Assembly (NCBI GenBank): GCA_003144275.1
Contig: NJBF01000013.1
Span: 55,994-87,993, forward strand
Reading direction: 5' to 3'
DNA: 32,000 bases
Source of the DNA: Candidatus Heimdallarchaeota archaeon B3_Heim
GTDB lineage: Archaea > Asgardarchaeota > Heimdallarchaeia > Hodarchaeales > Hodarchaeaceae
Made by a program: the position numbers and the translations under genes. The notes beneath the pieces were generated by a model. That model ran no database searches and had not been told where the DNA came from. It saw only the letters and a program-made list of their open reading frames with translations. The stretch's first letter is position 1. Each line of letters starts with the position of its first letter. Shown piece by piece: positions 18,666 through 26,151 of the stretch.

Positions 18666-19123
18666 CGAATCACCTCCTCGGTTTTAGCTGCTAAGGAAAA
18701 ATATCGTTGAAGATGCTCACAAAGTGCCTGTTGAGAAAAAAAGATATGATCCACCGAAGGCATGAGACGAATTAGAGTATAGGTTAGGGGTTCCAGAATA
18801 GGAGAATGAGTTTCGAAAAGGACCCACATTGTGAGAGAAGAATAATGCTTTTTCAATTGAAGACTTTTAGCTTCGAGAGAAACAGCTTTATTGCGAAACG
18901 CAACATAATATTTTTCCATGCTAGAAAAAGAGCACTCTAAGATCGTCTGTTGAGGGAGAAAAAAGTCAACAATATAGTGACGATCAGGTAAAGAAAAAAT
19001 CTTTTGAAATTCAAAGGGGATATTCTCAGAGTGCATTAGTTGTTTTAGTTGTAACTCTTGCCAGGTAGTACAAGAGGAACGAGGAGAAAAATTTTTATTT
19101 ATTTGGGATTCCATACAATACAA
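18662..19123 (-). CDS. PD-(D/E)xK nuclease, DUF559/Vsr-like
   Basis: TWQE.QL..LM....IPFEFQK......YIVDFF.....ILE matches the DUF559/very-short-patch pattern. Stop overlaps or abuts the next ORF. Confidence 0.65.
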   Translation of the reverse strand: MYCMESQINKNFSPRSSCTTWQELQLKQLMHSENIPFEFQKIFSLPDRHYIVDFFLPQQTILECSFSSMEKYYVAFRNKAVSLEAKSLQLKKHYSSLTMWVLFETHSPILEPLTYTLIRLMPSVDHIFFSQQALCEHLQRYFSLAAKTEEVIR

Positions 19124-19130
19124 CTCCGTA

Positions 19131-19171
19131 TTAAATGAATACTAAATAATGCTAGATATATATTCATTTAA
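19131..19171. promoter_or_regulatory. 11-bp perfect inverted repeat in the divergent Cas-module promoter
   Basis: TTAAATGAATA (19131-19141)/TATTCATTTAA (19161-19171), 19-nt spacer, 8 nt upstream of the operon's first ORF. Confidence 0.5.
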
Positions 19172-19350
19172 AAATCTTTAAACCGTCAAGAAGCGCTGGA
19201 TTTCAGTTCATTTGGCTATTGGAAGGTTTTAAAGTGGTTTTATTCGTCTTTAGTGAAAAACGTCAGACCAGTGATAATCTGGTGTAAATCGAATTAATTC
19301 CATCTTAATTCCTAAAAGAACCAGTCAGATAAAACTTCCAAGCAATCTAC

Positions 19351-22341
19351 GTGATCAACATGGCTGTTCAGTTGGAAACAAATAATAATGGATCATTTCT
19401 TTCTTCGTTACTACAAATGGGTCCTCATTTTGAATCGTTTCTTCGTCTGGTATTGAAAACTAGTTCTTTCGTTAGAACTCAGGATGAATTTTCTCTCCAT
19501 GTCCAGTCATTATGGCAGAAGTATTTAGGAAAACTAGTGGATCCAGTTTTTTCAACGAAAATAATTAGATTACTCCGCTTAACTGGCCTTCTCAAGCGTA
19601 AATATTACCAACGATCCGTTCTTGGTACCTTTCTGCTTGCGTACAACCTGAATATTTTTGTTTATCTTCAGGTATTCCATACTGATCTTTCATTCATGCT
19701 TGATAGACATCAAACCCCAAAAGTTTCCTTAAAAAAATTCCAACCTTTATTGTTGTCCTATAGCAAGTGGTACATTAATATATTACAGCATGAGTATTCA
19801 GGATGGAAACTCCAAGTCTTTCAAGATGTTTTCTGTTTAGCATTTGACTGGTATTCCGACAAAGATTGCTTGAAAGCCGCTGTTCGGCCTCTTCTCAAGG
19901 ATCATCTAAAAATACTCTATCAACAGTTTGAGTCAACTCGTAAAGCAAGGAGGAAAACGAGGAGTATCCCTATCCATCAATCAACGAAAGAACCATTTAT
20001 ATTCCCCAAAATTCAACATGGGGAGAGGGGGTTAGTCCTTGTAAAAGTGTTAACTGAAATCTATGATTGGATAACAGCATACACCTCCAAGAAAGATGAG
20101 AATTTTACGAAAAACTATGATCCCCCCTTTTTTGACATTCTCATTCATGCTAAAAAAGCAAGGGTCACATATAGGGATGAGGAGGGAGATATTGACATTG
20201 TTAAAGCAGTTCCTATTCCTCAATATACACGAGCTGTTACGTGGATTCTTAAAAGGGAAATCACCAGGCGAGAGAAAATATTTCTCACTAAAACTGTCTC
20301 TCTACAACAAATCGATAAGCTCGGGATAAAGGCATTAGAACTGATTACCCTCATCCGTAAGCATTTGGTGATGAAGTATATCAAAATCTGTCCTAATAAA
20401 AAACGACGCGTATTGGCATTTAATTTCACAAGTAAACTCATAGATCGACCTCTGGGTCAGCAAAGAAAAATGCTAGATTTTACTTGTGGGTGTTGTAAAT
20501 ACCTTGGAACCTACACGAAAATTGATTGTTTATTCTTTAAGAAACTCGAATACTTGGTTTCACTCGGCTACATCACCATTCCTGACTATTTAAAATCACT
20601 CTACGTAGATCGAATTAAACCGATTTTCTCTACGAAAGTCGCTTGTCCTTTTTTAAAGTTGAAAAAAGACTTTCCACTCCAATTATCAGTCATTAGAGGA
20701 GAGAAATTATCCTGTGCTTTCTGTCAAACTCCTCTGGAGACCGTTCCAGTTTCCAAATCTCCAGTTCTTTGCCAGTGTACCGCTCTGTACTCGTTTATTT
20801 CTTCCAAAATGACAGGAAATAATGTCTATCACTGTCAGTTTACAGATCAACAATTGAATCTTTCAGAACACGGAAAACATGAAATATATATCAATACATT
20901 GGTAGAACAAGACTATAAGCGGATAGAAAAACCTAAACTGAAGAAAGAACAAGTTTTTCAAACTCAAAGTAGCAAAATCAAGCGTTTTTCCAAAAAGCGA
21001 ACTGGTTACATTTACATCCATGAAAGTGATACTATTTATTACGCCCAAGGACAAAAACAACTACTCGTTAATCAAATCGCTTATCACACAGCTTCATTAA
21101 ATCTTGTTGATACCGAGAAATGGAATCTCACTCTACAAAATACTGCAAATAATAATCCCCACTTGGAATTTAATTATCGTCCAGATAACACTAATCTGGC
21201 TAGGGAGGACAAAGTGACTTTAGTCACTGATAGGATACCAATCCTTCAAATTAAACGACCGCGAAAAAAAGAAGTAGAGACCTATCCCCTTCAACAGCTC
21301 CGAACAGTCTATAATGTGGGGAAACCACGCTTAAACAAGGTTTTCAAAAAATGGGGGGTAGAAGTCATTCATTCCTCTGTAAAGGGCGTTTTAAAAGAAC
21401 CCACGGAGGAGATCAAAGAAGCTATGCAGCTTCCAGGAGTGCGACGAACACTCCAACAGCTCCATGTCCAAGGGTTGATGGTCTCGTTAATGAATGCGAC
21501 CTATTATCTGATGAAACTCGCACTCTTATATGAGAAAAAGTGGTTAGCTGATCGTTATCATTACTGGATGAATAACTTACTCTTGCAATGTCCCACAAAG
21601 CTCGAGAATTATTATCAGGATGCATCCGTAAAATCATTCCGACAAGTGTCAGTATTAGAGGCGTGGTTTTCACGGCCATTTGCAGAGGGAGTCCGTAAAT
21701 TTGTGCAGATAATTCAAGATCAGAACCATCCGTTAGTCCAACGTCCTTATGGTCGGGCTGTTGCCCGACGTGTTAATAAAGAGGAAAAACAAGGAGTGGA
21801 TTATATGGGAGGGTATACAGCGTATGATGCCGCATTAAATTGTGTGAATCGGCGGTTAAGACACCAATTACGCATCTGGAATGCGAAAAGAGGGTTAGGG
21901 TTTCACACGATTCCATTGTTTGTGCATACTGCGAAAGACAACCCTGGACGAGCGGGTCATCTGGATCTTGAAGAAGTAGGAAGAATCCTTTCCCGTCTGA
22001 CATTATGTGAAGCAATTGCCGAAGAACAAATCAGTCCCTTCTCTTTTCAACGGCGATATGATGATGATACCCTTCCCTATTATGTACCTAAAGAACAGTT
22101 AATTAGATGGTTACGCGGAGTGCTTGTAAAAAAAGGGATATTTCCAAAAAAGCTATTCTACAACGATCAATGGATGACTTTTGAAAGAGCTCACAAATGG
22201 CATGTTCAGCATCTCTGTTCGTGTCTAGAAAGAGCATTAGACTATACTGATTATACTTCGCGGCGGATGTTTTTGCAAAGCAGCTATCAACCCCTAATCT
22301 TCATACCAGATTTTGCTGAGTTTGAATCACGTGTGGGTTAG
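19351..22341 (+). CDS. cas1: Giant divergent Cas1-family integrase: ~620-aa N-terminal region with Cys clusters plus C-terminal Cas1 domain
   Basis: Cas1 N-lobe YPLQQLRTVYNVG....KWGVEVI...KG (from aa 645). Catalytic-lobe motifs VLEAWFSRPF (E770), YDAALN (N830), GL...LFVH (H859), HLDLEEVGR (D872/E875). Upstream Cys clusters C379-C381-C382-C393 and C455-C458-C474-C476. Start may be ATG at 19360. Confidence 0.78.
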   Translation: MINMAVQLETNNNGSFLSSLLQMGPHFESFLRLVLKTSSFVRTQDEFSLHVQSLWQKYLGKLVDPVFSTKIIRLLRLTGLLKRKYYQRSVLGTFLLAYNLNIFVYLQVFHTDLSFMLDRHQTPKVSLKKFQPLLLSYSKWYINILQHEYSGWKLQVFQDVFCLAFDWYSDKDCLKAAVRPLLKDHLKILYQQFESTRKARRKTRSIPIHQSTKEPFIFPKIQHGERGLVLVKVLTEIYDWITAYTSKKDENFTKNYDPPFFDILIHAKKARVTYRDEEGDIDIVKAVPIPQYTRAVTWILKREITRREKIFLTKTVSLQQIDKLGIKALELITLIRKHLVMKYIKICPNKKRRVLAFNFTSKLIDRPLGQQRKMLDFTCGCCKYLGTYTKIDCLFFKKLEYLVSLGYITIPDYLKSLYVDRIKPIFSTKVACPFLKLKKDFPLQLSVIRGEKLSCAFCQTPLETVPVSKSPVLCQCTALYSFISSKMTGNNVYHCQFTDQQLNLSEHGKHEIYINTLVEQDYKRIEKPKLKKEQVFQTQSSKIKRFSKKRTGYIYIHESDTIYYAQGQKQLLVNQIAYHTASLNLVDTEKWNLTLQNTANNNPHLEFNYRPDNTNLAREDKVTLVTDRIPILQIKRPRKKEVETYPLQQLRTVYNVGKPRLNKVFKKWGVEVIHSSVKGVLKEPTEEIKEAMQLPGVRRTLQQLHVQGLMVSLMNATYYLMKLALLYEKKWLADRYHYWMNNLLLQCPTKLENYYQDASVKSFRQVSVLEAWFSRPFAEGVRKFVQIIQDQNHPLVQRPYGRAVARRVNKEEKQGVDYMGGYTAYDAALNCVNRRLRHQLRIWNAKRGLGFHTIPLFVHTAKDNPGRAGHLDLEEVGRILSRLTLCEAIAEEQISPFSFQRRYDDDTLPYYVPKEQLIRWLRGVLVKKGIFPKKLFYNDQWMTFERAHKWHVQHLCSCLERALDYTDYTSRRMFLQSSYQPLIFIPDFAEFESRVG

Positions 22342-22375
22342 ATATTTTTACAACGAATTCAAAAATAGGGGGAAA

Positions 22376-22405
22376 AAGACCCTTCCTTTTAGGAGGAAGA
22401 GTTTT
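22376..22405. terminator. Hairpin between convergent cas1 and subtilase genes
   Basis: AAGAC-C-CTTCCT/AGGAAG-A-GTTTT stem (about 11 bp, one mismatch, one G-U) with A-run and T-run flanks. Confidence 0.4.
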
Positions 22406-22423
22406 AGGGCTTTATGGAATATT

Positions 22424-24553
22424 TTACCATTCCTTTTTATCCAAAAGAATTCCATTACCAACAAAGACATTGAGGGGGGTAGTAACGATATCATACACCT
22501 CAAATATCCCTGACATGGTGTAAAGATGCCAGATATGGACCCAAGAATGAGTAGGAACATGAAAGATTTCATCGCCAACTTTTAAATCCTGGGGATTAAT
22601 CAGCCATCCACAATAGGTCTCATTACGCATATATATCGGTTGATTAACAGGGGTGACCCTTAATAAACCGTAATCGTGGACGATTATCAGGAGGGAGGAA
22701 ACCGTTGATGATTCTATTTCAGTCACTTGAACAGGTACATCTGTTCCTGACGTCAGGTTATAGCCGAGAACCCAATCACCGAGTTGAAGATTCTGAACGA
22801 ATTTCCACTGATAGCCTTCAGCAAGAGAAATCCGAGTCCACTTGGCAACACATCCACCACCACCGCCGCCACCACCACCACCTGGAATCTCATGATAAGT
22901 AAGTGTATCTTCTTGGTTAATGACGTTATCAGTGGAATCACTGATAATTGTCCACCGAATTTGGATACTATCTCCAGCATTTAGATTGGCAATGGTCAGA
23001 TTAATATCTTCTTCACCAACACTGTAAGGGTCAGTTTGTGTCACATCATATTGCCATGCCCCAGCATTAATTTTATAGTCTACACGAAGAGTGTAATAAT
23101 CCTCCAAAAATATTTTAACTTTTGTTGAAGATGACACAGTATTATTGGTGTAATGTGCTACCGACGTATACTGATGATCTATTTCTCCGCCGAGAAGAAA
23201 TTTAACCCCATCATAGGCATCAATAGTTCCGTAGCCAATTTCTTCGTATTTTGGTGGATTACTGGGGAAAGGTGAATTGGGTGAACATTCAGGGACTGTG
23301 GTTTCATTAATTTCCTCTGCTGCCCTCCATAAGTTATGAAGAATGTCGTTGTAGTCGTTCGATTTCGTCTTATCACGGGCATAATCACAAGTGGCCACTG
23401 CATATGCTACTATCGCGGCAACATGAGGACATGCATAACTTGTGCCGTCTACAACGATGGGATTATAGTTATGATCACGGGTTTCATAGTCATACCCAGG
23501 TGCAACGAATTCTACGGATGAAAAACAGTTTTTTGGAGCTGGACTCGAATTATACATCGACCCCCATTCATTCATTAGACTAAATGAGACTCTCTGTCCA
23601 CTATAATTCATAGCATTACTATTTTCCAATATCTTATCCGCATCATCAAAATGGGCCCCTATCCCCCAGACATTGGTATAGCTTCTTGGGTAGACCATCA
23701 TGTCTTCATGATCATCTTCATTGCTATCATCATAATTCCCTGATGCAGCTAAGCAAATTACACCTTCACTCTTAAGAAAATTGATATATGTTTCAATATC
23801 ATCCCTATTAGATTCGAAATACAACTCGTCATTATCAATTCGAAAACTCATTGATACTATATCTAACTCTGAATGATCTTGATAATGGTCAACTAGCCAC
23901 GCCAATGCCCCTTCCATAACGGTACTTTTCTTCGCATTATAAGCATTAAAAGGATAGGTGTCTAGAATCCAGAATTTAACTCCTGGGGCCGCCTGTGCTA
24001 AGGCCCAGGCAACGGATGAGCCATGTTTTGTTATATCCAGTTCAATGTTTAAATTATCCAGATTATCATTCAATGTCTCATTATCGTAAATGACTGTACT
24101 ATTTTCACACGTATTGCCTCCAGCTTCTACTGGGGTGAATTTAATGTATAGTTCAATCTCACATCCAGTTTCATCTTCAATCTTCCCCCACATTTTCGGC
24201 GAAATACCCGTGTCAATTATGGCGATGACGATATTATTAAGCTCAGAATTGGATTTCCCTAAAAAAGTCTCGTGTTCTGGTCCACTGGTTTGACCCCACC
24301 GTGATTGAACTGAATAATATAGATCTTGGAAAGCAATATTGTTCCACGCTAATGCTTCTTCATCAAGACCATCACCACCAGAATATGACTGCAACCCCGA
24401 AGAGTCCCCAATATAATATCCAGAATACTGACCGACGCAAGCTCTAAATGATAAAATATTAGGTAAAAACATGCCACCTGAAAGGAGGAAGAGGAAAATT
24501 GCAGTAAAGCTATTTTTATTGTTAAAATTAAGGTTCTTTTTTCTTATGTCCAA
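22424..24553 (-). CDS. Secreted S8 (subtilisin-like) peptidase with beta-sandwich domain, poly-Gly linker and C-terminal Hint domain
   Basis: Hydrophobic N-terminal signal; triad IAIIDTG (D114), KHGSSVA (H177), GTSYACPHVAA (S372); oxyanion AASGN. Nine Gly precede C568, which starts CVAKWTRISLAEG...LQLGDWVL...LKVGDEI...VYDI...GNGIL. Confidence 0.85.
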   Translation of the reverse strand: MDIRKKNLNFNNKNSFTAIFLFLLSGGMFLPNILSFRACVGQYSGYYIGDSSGLQSYSGGDGLDEEALAWNNIAFQDLYYSVQSRWGQTSGPEHETFLGKSNSELNNIVIAIIDTGISPKMWGKIEDETGCEIELYIKFTPVEAGGNTCENSTVIYDNETLNDNLDNLNIELDITKHGSSVAWALAQAAPGVKFWILDTYPFNAYNAKKSTVMEGALAWLVDHYQDHSELDIVSMSFRIDNDELYFESNRDDIETYINFLKSEGVICLAASGNYDDSNEDDHEDMMVYPRSYTNVWGIGAHFDDADKILENSNAMNYSGQRVSFSLMNEWGSMYNSSPAPKNCFSSVEFVAPGYDYETRDHNYNPIVVDGTSYACPHVAAIVAYAVATCDYARDKTKSNDYNDILHNLWRAAEEINETTVPECSPNSPFPSNPPKYEEIGYGTIDAYDGVKFLLGGEIDHQYTSVAHYTNNTVSSSTKVKIFLEDYYTLRVDYKINAGAWQYDVTQTDPYSVGEEDINLTIANLNAGDSIQIRWTIISDSTDNVINQEDTLTYHEIPGGGGGGGGGGCVAKWTRISLAEGYQWKFVQNLQLGDWVLGYNLTSGTDVPVQVTEIESSTVSSLLIIVHDYGLLRVTPVNQPIYMRNETYCGWLINPQDLKVGDEIFHVPTHSWVHIWHLYTMSGIFEVYDIVTTPLNVFVGNGILLDKKEW

Positions 24554-26082
24554 ACCCTCAAGAAAATATAATTGGTTTCAGAAAATATTTTAATTAGAGG
24601 GTGGGAACTCTTATAAGTTTTCCTTGTGAGTACAAACGTGAGGATTTGAAGAAAACAACGTGATTTTGGTGATGACGACACGTGTGGAAAAGATTTCCGT
24701 GTATCCCTATAATCAACAAATTTCTCCTAGTTTTACTCATATTGAGTGGAATTTACTCTCCAGTATTGTCAGCTCAGAGTATCCATGACCCAACTCATGG
24801 ATTCTCTAAGTCTGTTTCTCGGGGAGGGACGTCTTCAAGCTCTAATATGAATCTTACTGAGGGGGATATGCTATGGAATCAAACATACGATTATGCAAGA
24901 ACTAAAGATTTAGCCTTTTCCGTCATCGAAACAGCTGACAAAGGGTTGGCTATTGCTGCAAGAGTTTTTTATATAGATGGGGAGATTTGGGATCAGGATG
25001 GCCTCTTAATCAAAACTGATGCTGTTGGAGAAGTGCAATGGACTCAATCGTATGGTGGGAATCGAACGGAATATGCGCGTGATGTCATCCAAACAGCTGA
25101 TGGGGGGTTTGCGATGGCAGGCTCAACCAGTACGAATAGTACAGGGCGGACGGACGGGTGGTTAGTCAAAACCTCATCTGGGGGGGAAGAAGAATGGAGT
25201 CAGCAGTATGCAGGCATTGACTTTGATGACTTTAATGCTTTGATTCAAACCCGAGAGGGCGGGTATGCTCTAGCTGGGCAGCGGAATTTTAACGCGTGGA
25301 TTGTCAAGACTGATCCGAGAGGCAAGAAGGAATGGGCACATACACTTGGAAGAGGCGGATTTGGGAGAGCCCAAGACATTATCCAAACAATGGATAGAGG
25401 ATATTGTGTGGTAGGGTCTTGTGGGAACTTACTTAATTATGATTTATGGGTAATCAAACTAGCTAAGAATGGAACGGTAGAATGGAACCGTACCTATAAT
25501 TCGATACGAGGGAAAACGCCTGATGATCATGGATACTCGGTTATTCAAACCGCGGATAGGGATTTTGTCCTCTTTGGGGATACGGTGAATCTTCATAATG
25601 AGACAGGAACTGATTTTTGGCTTGTCAAAACAGATGCGGCTGGTGTGCCCCTATGGAATCGTACCTATGGAGAGGAGGGAACTGAAAGCTTATATGCAGG
25701 AATTAAAACGATAGATGGAGGATTCGCTTTAACGGGCTATACGAATTCCTTTGGTGTAGAACGCAGTGATTTTTATTTGGTGAAAACGGATGCCCAAGGC
25801 GTGTTGGAATGGAACCGTACATATGGGACATCTTATTGGGAGGAGGCCCGATCTCTTGTCCAGACTTCAGATAGCGGATTCGTCCTAGTTGGTATGTTAC
25901 GTCCCCCAATTGCTGGCTCAACACCGAACACGAACATTTGGTTTGTCAAAGTGAAAGGTCGGGGAGTCCCTCCTTCGTCTACTCCCTCCTTTTGGATCTT
26001 GTTTTTCTTCCCAACAACACTAGTCCTCGGTTGCTTAGTCCTTTTTTTCTCTTCTAAACGCAAACGAAGAATCAATGAATAA
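24467..26082. repeat. Copy 1 of a ~1.6-kb diverged direct duplication
   Basis: Aligns with 29247-30868 (offset about 4780) across the subtilase 5' end, the intergenic region and the whole propeller gene, including a 63-nt exact match (25611-25673 = 30406-30468). Confidence 0.9.
24682..26082 (+). CDS. Membrane-anchored 7-bladed beta-propeller surface protein, copy 1
   Basis: Signal peptide; seven ~50-aa repeats W-x2-TYG...QT.DGG..L.G....WLVKTD..G; many N-x-S/T sequons; Pro/Ser/Thr linker, TPSF, TM helix and KRKRR tail. GTG start with GGTGA SD. Confidence 0.8.
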   Translation: MWKRFPCIPIINKFLLVLLILSGIYSPVLSAQSIHDPTHGFSKSVSRGGTSSSSNMNLTEGDMLWNQTYDYARTKDLAFSVIETADKGLAIAARVFYIDGEIWDQDGLLIKTDAVGEVQWTQSYGGNRTEYARDVIQTADGGFAMAGSTSTNSTGRTDGWLVKTSSGGEEEWSQQYAGIDFDDFNALIQTREGGYALAGQRNFNAWIVKTDPRGKKEWAHTLGRGGFGRAQDIIQTMDRGYCVVGSCGNLLNYDLWVIKLAKNGTVEWNRTYNSIRGKTPDDHGYSVIQTADRDFVLFGDTVNLHNETGTDFWLVKTDAAGVPLWNRTYGEEGTESLYAGIKTIDGGFALTGYTNSFGVERSDFYLVKTDAQGVLEWNRTYGTSYWEEARSLVQTSDSGFVLVGMLRPPIAGSTPNTNIWFVKVKGRGVPPSSTPSFWILFFFPTTLVLGCLVLFFSSKRKRRINE

Positions 26083-26151
26083 AGATCCCCAGAGGTCTTC
26101 ACAAAATTGGTTAATTCACCAAGTTCATAAATTATTCCGCTTTCTTCGAGT

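Larger units (their letters stand above)
16141..22341. other. Derived Cas island without an array in the window (RAMP effector operon plus divergent giant Cas1); possible defence or mobile element
   Basis: Co-localised cas7, cas5-HD, two nuclease-like ORFs and cas1, immediately after the rnp2-sRNA locus. No array, TIR or TSD found. Confidence 0.6.

Noticed and set aside
16060-22423. CRISPR array or leader associated with the Cas genes
   Set aside because: No 25-45-nt repeats with regular spacers were seen in any intergenic region of the window; only 6-11-bp repeats occur. An array elsewhere in the genome cannot be excluded.
16060-22423. Casposon or transposon with terminal inverted repeats and target-site duplication
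   Set aside because: Comparing 16060-16140 with 22342-22423 by eye gave no convincing TIR or TSD, and no family B polymerase or DDE transposase is present.
22424-22852. Canonical splicing intein in the subtilase
   Set aside because: There is no C-extein, no terminal His-Asn, no block-B His and no homing endonuclease, so it is treated as a non-splicing Hint domain.
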